A stretch of 32,924 nucleotides of DNA from Lentisphaerota bacterium (GTDB lineage: Bacteria; Verrucomicrobiota; Kiritimatiellia; UBA8416; JAFGTH01). Both the position numbers and the translations under genes were made by a program. The notes under the pieces were generated by a model. It was not told the origin of the DNA. It saw nothing but the letters and a program-made list of their open reading frames with translations, and did no database searches. Positions 17,365-24,415 of this stretch are shown here, one piece after another. Location: positions 1 through 32,924 of the forward strand of contig JAFGTH010000202.1 in assembly GCA_016934225.1 (NCBI GenBank), in the 5' to 3' direction. How positions within the stretch are numbered: the first letter of the stretch is position 1; every line of letters starts with the position of its first letter.

Positions 17365-17742
17365 ATGCCCGAACACCGTAAAGTGCTTGTCGTAGATGAC
17401 GACGAACTGGTACGCGCCGTGATAAACAAAGTCGCCGAACGTCATAATCTCCAGCCTGTTTGGGCAAAAAACGGCAATGAAGCAATAGGACTACTTGCCC
17501 AGAACAATCATTTCTCCGCCATTTTTCTCGATTTGCTGATGCCAAATTGCCCCGGTTGGGATGTTATCGCGTTCATCAAAGATAACGAGCAAACCAAGAA
17601 TCTGCCTATTGTAATCGTTTCCGGAGCGCCTATCTCAGAAAATGAAAAAGAGCGACTTTTGACCAAGGCGACCGCTTTTGTTGATAAAGAGACTTTTAGC
17701 CTTGCGGCATTTGAAAAACTTCTGGAAACGGTACTCACCTGA
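17365..17742 (+). CDS. single-domain (CheY-like) response regulator
   Basis: The 125-aa product shows KVLVVDDDE, the phospho-acceptor region AIFLDLLMPNCPGWD and PIVIVSGA. There is no output domain. It starts 22 nt after the kinase stop. Confidence 0.88.
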   Translation: MPEHRKVLVVDDDELVRAVINKVAERHNLQPVWAKNGNEAIGLLAQNNHFSAIFLDLLMPNCPGWDVIAFIKDNEQTKNLPIVIVSGAPISENEKERLLTKATAFVDKETFSLAAFEKLLETVLT

Positions 17743-18234
17743 ATTGTAACATCTGCTCGTTCTCCCGAACAGAAAGCTATTCTTTATATTTTGCCCGATT
17801 GGCTGTAAAACAGCTTTCATTCATCCGGCAGTTCAGAAGATTTTCGATCTGATTCCAGGTTTTCTCGACTGTCGCATCGCGCCAGTCCCAAAGACGGACA
17901 TCGTTTTATCCCCCGCCTGACACGAAATCGGAAAATGTTCAGGTTTCAGTGATTTGACATGTAGCACATTCTGGAATATCTTTGTGTCTTCAACGGAAAT
18001 TGGGATAGTAAACACGCTCGACTATTAATATTCCTTGGCAATGTGTACTGTAGGATTGTAACACACATTGCCGAAAATAGATCGGGTGAAATCTGAAAAG
18101 AACGGACGGATTGAATGAGCCCGCAAAACCGACGGATTTGGCAACAGGGTTTGGAGAAACAAAATTATATTTCTGAAGATCATGTTTCCCTGCCAAAAAT
18201 TTTTTGACCCGCATGTTTAATTGGAGAAAAAATA

Positions 18235-18603
18235 ATGAAAATTGTAGTGACATCACTTGGCGAAACTCTTGATTCGCCCGTGGACCAGCGGTTCGGACGC
18301 ACCCGCTATTTCATACTCTACGACACTGATACCGAACAATGGTCTGCTTATAACAACAAACAAAATTTGAACGCGATTCAAGGCGCCGGAATCCAATCCG
18401 GTCAGAAGGTCGGCGACTTGGGCGCGGAAATAATAATTACGGGGCATTGCGGACCAAAAGCATTTACCACTCTTGCCGCATTCGGACTTACAGTCTATAC
18501 AGGCGCTTCAGGAACTGTGAAGGAGGCCATAGACGCGTTTCTGGCCAACAAACTTCAAAAGGTTTCCGGAGCGGATGTCGAAGATCACTACGGCAGCGTC
18601 TAG
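18235..18603 (+). CDS. NifB/NifX-family (dinitrogenase FeMo-cofactor-binding fold) small protein
   Basis: The 122-aa product has GGAGA upstream of its ATG. VDQRFGRTRYFILYD, GAGIQSGQKVGDLGAEIIITGHCGPKAFTTLAAFGLTVY fits the Nitro_FeMo-Co domain pattern. Confidence 0.82.
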   Translation: MKIVVTSLGETLDSPVDQRFGRTRYFILYDTDTEQWSAYNNKQNLNAIQGAGIQSGQKVGDLGAEIIITGHCGPKAFTTLAAFGLTVYTGASGTVKEAIDAFLANKLQKVSGADVEDHYGSV

Positions 18604-18692
18604 AAGGCTAATATTGACAGGCTGCTATCTTTTCTTGACTACTCAACAAGAGAAGGGCATGAGTGTATGCAACGAAAGGAAACCAGATATTA

Positions 18693-19931
18693 ATGACCGA
18701 ACATAGCAAATATGATTCCCGTTCCGATACGAATAGTACGGCTCATGCAGCTAAAAAAGAAGACAACGATCCAATGGAAGAACGTCGGCAACTGGCCGAC
18801 CGAATGTCCAAGATTAAACGCAAGATTATCGTGATGTCCGGCAAGGGGGGTGTCGGCAAAAGCACAACCGCTGTGAATTTGGCATTCGCACTTGCAAAGA
18901 AAGGACTGTCTGTGGGTTTGCTTGATGTTGACATACACGGACCCAGTATACCTGCGCTACTCGGCCTTGAAGATCAAAAAATTGCCGGCAACGGCAAGGT
19001 GCTTTTCCCAGTGGATGCTCAAGGATTGAAAGTTATGTCTATCGGGTTTATGCTGCAAAACCGTAATGACGCCATCATCTGGCGCGGCCCAATGAAGCAC
19101 GGTTTAATCAAACAGTTTCTCAAGGACGTTGAATGGGGTTCTCTCGATTATTTGATCGTTGATTCCCCGCCGGGTACAGGCGATGAGCCTCTGACCGTCT
19201 GTCAGTTAATCAACGATCCTTATGGAGCGTTGATTGTTACAACTCCTCAAAAATTGGCGCTTTTGGATGTCCGTAAATCCATTACCTTCTGCCGACAACT
19301 CAATATGCCGGTACTCGGAGTGGTGGAAAATATGAGCGGACTGGTTTGTCCTAAATGCGGAACAGTCGTGGAAGTGTTTAAGACAGAAGGCGCCCGCGCC
19401 ATGGCCGATGAAATGGGCGTGCCGTTCCTCGGCGCCGTACCGTTGGATCCGGACATCGTGTCGGCTTGCGATAACGGCGTTCCATACTTGAGTACATACA
19501 CAAATTCACGTTCAGCGCAGGCGTTCGAGACAATGATACGGTCAGTCATAGAACCCGACGCTCAACCCCCAAACACGATGAGGGAAAACACCATGCGAAT
19601 AGCAATTCCCACTGTTGATGGAAAACTGTCAATGCACTTTGGACACTGTGAACAATTTGCGATTGTTGAGGCAAATATCGCGGCAAAAAAAATCGGGAAT
19701 ATTGAGTTCACGACTCCGCCTCCACATGAACCGGGCGCGCTACCGAAATGGCTGGCCGAACAACAGGCCGATATCATCATCGCCAGCGGTATGGGAACAC
19801 GCGCACAAGGCCTATTTGAGGCACAAAACATCAAAGTGGTCGTGGGAGCTCCGTGTCTTGATCCGATAAGTATCGTCCAGTCTTACATGGATGGCACTTT
19901 GGAAAACGGCGCTAATGTTTGCGATCATTAA
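18693..19931 (+). CDS. Mrp/NBP35 (ApbC-type) Fe-S cluster carrier ATPase fused to a C-terminal NifX-like domain
   Basis: The deviant Walker A is IIVMSGKGGVGKSTTAVNLA, with DSPPGTGDE and the CxxC ligand motif GLVCPKCG. The C-terminus MRIAIPTVDGKLSMHFGHCEQFAIVE...PPPHEPGALPKWLAEQQADIIIASGMGTRAQGLFEAQNIKVVVG is a Nitro_FeMo-Co-type domain. The frame is open from GTG 18663, but ATG 18693 is preferred. Confidence 0.88.
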   Translation: MTEHSKYDSRSDTNSTAHAAKKEDNDPMEERRQLADRMSKIKRKIIVMSGKGGVGKSTTAVNLAFALAKKGLSVGLLDVDIHGPSIPALLGLEDQKIAGNGKVLFPVDAQGLKVMSIGFMLQNRNDAIIWRGPMKHGLIKQFLKDVEWGSLDYLIVDSPPGTGDEPLTVCQLINDPYGALIVTTPQKLALLDVRKSITFCRQLNMPVLGVVENMSGLVCPKCGTVVEVFKTEGARAMADEMGVPFLGAVPLDPDIVSACDNGVPYLSTYTNSRSAQAFETMIRSVIEPDAQPPNTMRENTMRIAIPTVDGKLSMHFGHCEQFAIVEANIAAKKIGNIEFTTPPPHEPGALPKWLAEQQADIIIASGMGTRAQGLFEAQNIKVVVGAPCLDPISIVQSYMDGTLENGANVCDH

Positions 19932-19974
19932 AACCTTGAAAACATAATAAAACACAGAAAGGGCGGAAAGGGAC

Positions 19975-21318
19975 ATGAATAAAAAAGATGTGGTTATCGT
20001 GGGGGGCAGCGCGGCAGGTCTCACGGCCGGAATTACTGTCCGCAGACACTATCCAAATAAAACCATCCTGCTTGTCCGAAGCGAAGAACAAGTGCTCATA
20101 CCTTGCGGTATTCCATACATCTACGGCACTGTCGGCAGCCCGGAAAAGAATCTGATCCCTGATACGCTTCTGGAGAAAAACAAAATAGACCTTCTCATAG
20201 CCAACGCCACAAACATTGATACCAATGCGAAAGTACTGAAAACAGACAAAGGCGATGTAAACTATGACCGTATGATTCTTGCCACAGGCTCCATCCCTTC
20301 GGTTCGACCAATGCCCGGATTTGATATGAATGGTGTTTATCCCATTATCAAAACCGTGCCGCATCTGACAGATCTTCAGAAACAACTTAAATCAGCCAAT
20401 GATGTTGTTGTTATCGGGGGTGGATTCATCGGAATCGAATTCGCCGATGAGATCAAGAAAAGCGGCGTGAAAAACGTCACCATAATCGAAATTATGTCCC
20501 ATTGTCTTAATTTGGCTTACGATACCGAGTTCTGCATTGATATGGAAAAACATATTGCGGCTCGAAATATCAACATTATAACTAATGTCAAGGTAGCATG
20601 TGTAAAAGGAAACGGCAAAGTTGAGGCTGTTGAGTTAGAAAACGGGCGGGAAATACCGGCCAATGTTGTCATTCTCGGCACCGGAGCAATGCCTAATGTT
20701 AAACTCGCCGAGAGCGCGGGACTTTCTTTGGCGCCAGACGGGTCTATTGCCGTGGATCGAATGATGAAAACATCTAATAGTTCAATATTTGCATGCGGCG
20801 ATTGTGCTCAAAAGGTATCATTTTTCGGAGGTGTGCCTTCCACACTAAAACTCGCTTCCATTGCGACATTTGAAGCGCGAATTGCGGGCGCCAATCTCTT
20901 TGCCATTAAAAGAGAAAATATCGGCACTGTCGGTGTATGGTCCACCGCTGTGGGCAACCTTGCCGTCGGAACCGCAGGTTTGACAGAAACAATGGCAACG
21001 AAAAACGGCTATGATATCATCAGTGTTTCCGTCGAAGGACCTAATCGCCATCCCGGCGGAATGCCTGGAAGCACGATGACACGTATGAAACTGGTTTTTG
21101 AAAAGTCTTCCGGAATATTGCTTGGCGGCCAGGTAATCGGCGATTCATCCGTGGGTGAACTCATTAATGCATTGTCGGCGTGTATTCAAAAAAGAATGGT
21201 GGCCGAGGATCTGGCAATGTTTCAAACCGGTACTCATCCGGCCTTGACAGCATCGCCTATTGTATATCCGATTGTCACCGCAGCGGAAATGGCTATAGCT
21301 AAAATGTCGAAGACGTGA
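19975..21318 (+). CDS. FAD-dependent pyridine nucleotide-disulfide oxidoreductase (NADH oxidase / CoA-disulfide reductase-like)
   Basis: The FAD fold is VVIVGGSAAGLTAG. A single redox Cys sits in the Nox/CoADR position (LIPCGIPYIYG). The NAD fold is VVVIGGGFIGIEFA, and IFACGDCA is present. Length is 447 aa. Confidence 0.88.
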   Translation: MNKKDVVIVGGSAAGLTAGITVRRHYPNKTILLVRSEEQVLIPCGIPYIYGTVGSPEKNLIPDTLLEKNKIDLLIANATNIDTNAKVLKTDKGDVNYDRMILATGSIPSVRPMPGFDMNGVYPIIKTVPHLTDLQKQLKSANDVVVIGGGFIGIEFADEIKKSGVKNVTIIEIMSHCLNLAYDTEFCIDMEKHIAARNINIITNVKVACVKGNGKVEAVELENGREIPANVVILGTGAMPNVKLAESAGLSLAPDGSIAVDRMMKTSNSSIFACGDCAQKVSFFGGVPSTLKLASIATFEARIAGANLFAIKRENIGTVGVWSTAVGNLAVGTAGLTETMATKNGYDIISVSVEGPNRHPGGMPGSTMTRMKLVFEKSSGILLGGQVIGDSSVGELINALSACIQKRMVAEDLAMFQTGTHPALTASPIVYPIVTAAEMAIAKMSKT

Positions 21319-21348
21319 CGTCTTAACGCCGTCTATACGCGCCCTGTT

Positions 21349-21380
21349 AAAAAACTCAGAACGCCCGTAGAAGGGTTCTG
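21349..21380 (-). terminator. rho-independent terminator of the acd/GNAT/deacetylase operon
   Basis: Immediately after the stop at 21381-83, the minus strand reads CAGAACCCTTCTACGGGCGTTCTG. This is a 6-bp stem CAGAAC/GTTCTG plus 2-3 further pairs after a bulge. It is followed by AG and TTTTTT (21354-21349). Confidence 0.55.
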
Positions 21381-22541
21381 TCATCCTTTTGCACTGTTGA
21401 GTTCAGGGTCAAGGCCATGATACGGAAATAGTGTTGCCTTGATTCGCCCGACGACGCGTTTGACCTCCCTGTCTATCGCCATACGCGTACCGGCATCACT
21501 AATTAATATTCTGTCTCGAAGACCGCCTGTCCATTCCGTTGTCTCCAACATAACCCCACCCATTCCAAGCCCCAGCTCTCCACCACCCTCTTCGCCGCAG
21601 AGAACACGCCAGGCAAGCGCCCAACCACGAACGGTATTCGGCACGTTATAGCCACCGCCACCAGTCATCAGAATCGGCTTCCCGATTGACATTATCATGG
21701 AGATGATATCGGCATGGACATTATTCGTCAGGTTCAGGTGCGCGAGCGGATCGCCCGCCAAACCGTCCATGCCTAATTCCAGAATTACCACATCCGGATC
21801 ATACGCCTTCAACAAGGGAAATGCCGCATTTTGAAACGCATACTTGTAGGCGCCATCATAAGTCCCGACCGGCAGCGGAATATTAACGTTGTAACCCTCG
21901 CCGGCTCCATGGCCTGTTTCGCTTTCCCAGCCAGTACCCGGGAAAAGCGTCTTGCCGTTTTCATGCAACGAAATTGTTATTACATCGTTGCGATCATAAA
22001 ACGCTTTCTGCACGCCATCACAATGATGTACGTCAAGGTCTATGAACGCAACACGTTTGTGGGACTGTGTCAGTATTATTGCAGCCAATACAACGTCATT
22101 CATGTAACAGAACCCACCTGCTTTTTCCGGCTCAGCATGATGAAAACCGCCGGAAGGGTTGAACGCCATAAAAGCCTCGCCGGCAAGAATCAAACGGGCG
22201 CCGGTAATGGATGCTCCGCAGGCCAACGCTACAAAATCGTACATACCCTTGAACACCGGACAATCAGGAGTGCCAAGCCCGGCTTCAAGCGATTCTACGG
22301 TCAAATTTCCGTTTTCAGCCTCGCGAATGATATTCAAATATCTGGCCGTATGGAATAATTCAAGTTCTTGCCGCACTGCCGGAACCGGCGCGCGTTCTTC
22401 AATGTCGGACCCCGTTAATGCGCCAATGGAAACAAGTTTTTTGCGTGTTAACCCTGCGCGATGCGTATTAAAAGGACAGTCCGGAGGATATCCGCCCCGA
22501 TCCAGATCGGGACAATGCAGGAAATATTTCTTCCGTGTCAT
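21381..22541 (-). CDS. histone-deacetylase-family (AcuC/AphA-type) Zn-dependent deacetylase
   Basis: Motifs present are GGFHHAEPEKAGGFCYMNDVVLA, IDLDVHHCDGVQKAFY, DGLAGDPL and MTGGGGYN. The ATG (22541-22539) overlaps the TAA (22543-22541) of the upstream gene, giving TAATG. Confidence 0.9.
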   Translation of the reverse strand: MTRKKYFLHCPDLDRGGYPPDCPFNTHRAGLTRKKLVSIGALTGSDIEERAPVPAVRQELELFHTARYLNIIREAENGNLTVESLEAGLGTPDCPVFKGMYDFVALACGASITGARLILAGEAFMAFNPSGGFHHAEPEKAGGFCYMNDVVLAAIILTQSHKRVAFIDLDVHHCDGVQKAFYDRNDVITISLHENGKTLFPGTGWESETGHGAGEGYNVNIPLPVGTYDGAYKYAFQNAAFPLLKAYDPDVVILELGMDGLAGDPLAHLNLTNNVHADIISMIMSIGKPILMTGGGGYNVPNTVRGWALAWRVLCGEEGGGELGLGMGGVMLETTEWTGGLRDRILISDAGTRMAIDREVKRVVGRIKATLFPYHGLDPELNSAKG

Positions 22542-24415
22542 TATGCAAATTCCATACGGAAACTGTACGCATCATCGCCTGGTTCGCTGGTAACCCTGAA
22601 CTCGCTCTTGTTAAGAACCGCCTGCATGGCTTTGTTCTCTATCAAAACTTCAGCGGTGAAACCGCCGATACCGTTTCTCTTGGCAATAACGGCAAGATGC
22701 TTTAACAGAAAAGTTCCTATTCCCTGCTTTTGCCATTCGTCCCTGACAACAAAGGCGACTTCGGCAAAGTTTGTCTTTTCGTTCAGATAATAACGACCTA
22801 TAGCTACAATCTCATCCCCGTACGCTTCCGGAATAGTCGCTACAATCGCAATGTCCTTTCTGTGATCAATAAACACGAAATCCTGAATCTGTTTTCGTGG
22901 AATATGTTTGGCCCGCGACATGAACCTATAATAAATAGTCTGTTGCGACAACGCATAGAACAATTCCTTTAATCGGGGCTCGTCTGTCGGATGCATCGGG
23001 CGTATATTTAACTGGGTTCCGTCATCGAGCACGTGACTTGTTCTGAAACTCGGAGATCCCACAACAATTTTCCCCTCCACATCGGCGTAATCCGGGCTGA
23101 GGTATTTCGCCTCCACCGCTTCGCGCGTTAACTGCGCTCTGAAATCCGGATGCGCTATGGCAATGAGAGCAATTGCGCGTTCCTGTATGCTCTTGCCGTG
23201 CAAATAGGCTACTCCATACTCTGTAACAACGTAATGCACGTCGCCTCTGGTCGTAACCACTCCGGCGCCAAGACTGAGATTGGTTGTAATTCTGGAGACA
23301 GTCCCGTTTTTTGCCGTTGACGGCAGGGCAATAATTACCTTGCCGCCACGCGAACGCGCCGCGCCGCGATTAAAATCCACCTGCCCTCCTATGCCGGAAT
23401 AAAACTGCGTTCCCAATGAGTCGGCGCAAATTTGTCCGGTCAAGTCAACTTCCAGCGCAACATTTATCGCAACCTGTTTGTGCTGACTGCTGATGATATA
23501 CGGATCGTTCACATACTCTGTCGGATAAAATGCAAACATGGGATTATTGTCTATATAGTCGTAAAGTTTTCGGCTGCCCATGCAAAAACTGGCCACTATC
23601 TTTCCACGGTCCACAGATTTCATATTGCCGGTAATCACGCCTGATTCAATAATGTTCATGATCGCGTCCGTGAACATTTCAGTGTGTACTCCCAATTCCT
23701 TCTTATCGGCAAGGAACCGTATGACCGATTGCGGTATTGCTCCGATTCCGAATTCCACTGTTGATCCGTTTTCCACAAGCGCCGCCACATATTCTCCTAT
23801 TTTGTCCAAATCTGCCGACGATTCCTGAGGCGAAATTTCAATGATATCAGCTTCCGAGGGCACCAAGAAATCAATGTCGTACACATGAATGCCGTTGCCC
23901 AGTGTGCGCGGCATTTTCGGGTTAACCTGCGCAATAACAAGGCTCGCGTTCTCCGCCGCGCTTTTCACAATATCAACCGACACTCCAAAACTGCACATAC
24001 CCTGATGGTCCGGCGGCGTCACCTGTATCAACGCCACATCCAGCGGAAGTTGCCCGGAAGAGAACAACGTCGGAATATCAGATAAGAAAATAGGGGTATA
24101 GTTTCCAAGCCCTTCCTGAATCACCTCGCGCACATTCTTCGATATGAAAAAACTATTGACTCTAAAATGCTGAATAAGTTCCCGACTGGCGTAAGGAGCA
24201 GTGCCCAGAGTCAACAGATGAACGATCTCAATATCGCGAAGCTCCTTCTTCCGCGCTACTAGCGCGTTCACCAATTCTTCCGGTTGCGCACAGCCCGTAC
24301 CCACAAAAACTCGCTGTCCGGCCACAATATGCCCAACAGCATCAGATAGCGAAACAATTTGATCCGCGTATTTTTCCAGCCAATTCACATCGTAGGACAC
24401 TGTTGTCTTGCTCAT
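22541..24415 (-). CDS. fusion protein: acetyl-CoA hydrolase/transferase (4-hydroxybutyrate CoA-transferase-like) domain + C-terminal Pat-type GNAT acetyltransferase domain
   Basis: The N-terminal ~430 aa show WLEKYADQIVSLSDAVGHIVAGQRVFVGTG, GVHTEMFTD and YSGIGGQVDFNRGA, the family GGQxDF motif. The C-terminal ~190 aa (about 22544-23015) read IRPMHPTDEPRLKELFYALSQQTIYYRFMS...IAIVA...VRDEWQKQGIGTFLLKHL. That is a GNAT with the Q/RxxGxG acetyl-CoA loop, resembling the C-terminal domain of Pat-type lysine acetyltransferases. Confidence 0.85.
   Translation of the reverse strand: MSKTTVSYDVNWLEKYADQIVSLSDAVGHIVAGQRVFVGTGCAQPEELVNALVARKKELRDIEIVHLLTLGTAPYASRELIQHFRVNSFFISKNVREVIQEGLGNYTPIFLSDIPTLFSSGQLPLDVALIQVTPPDHQGMCSFGVSVDIVKSAAENASLVIAQVNPKMPRTLGNGIHVYDIDFLVPSEADIIEISPQESSADLDKIGEYVAALVENGSTVEFGIGAIPQSVIRFLADKKELGVHTEMFTDAIMNIIESGVITGNMKSVDRGKIVASFCMGSRKLYDYIDNNPMFAFYPTEYVNDPYIISSQHKQVAINVALEVDLTGQICADSLGTQFYSGIGGQVDFNRGAARSRGGKVIIALPSTAKNGTVSRITTNLSLGAGVVTTRGDVHYVVTEYGVAYLHGKSIQERAIALIAIAHPDFRAQLTREAVEAKYLSPDYADVEGKIVVGSPSFRTSHVLDDGTQLNIRPMHPTDEPRLKELFYALSQQTIYYRFMSRAKHIPRKQIQDFVFIDHRKDIAIVATIPEAYGDEIVAIGRYYLNEKTNFAEVAFVVRDEWQKQGIGTFLLKHLAVIAKRNGIGGFTAEVLIENKAMQAVLNKSEFRVTSEPGDDAYSFRMEFA

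Noticed and set aside
21308-21325. The palindrome AAGACGT-G-ACGTCTT overlapping the stop codon of the flavoprotein gene, considered as a possible plus-strand terminator.
   Set aside because: A one-nucleotide centre leaves at most a 5-bp stem after forming a loop, and no T-tract follows. The evidence is insufficient.
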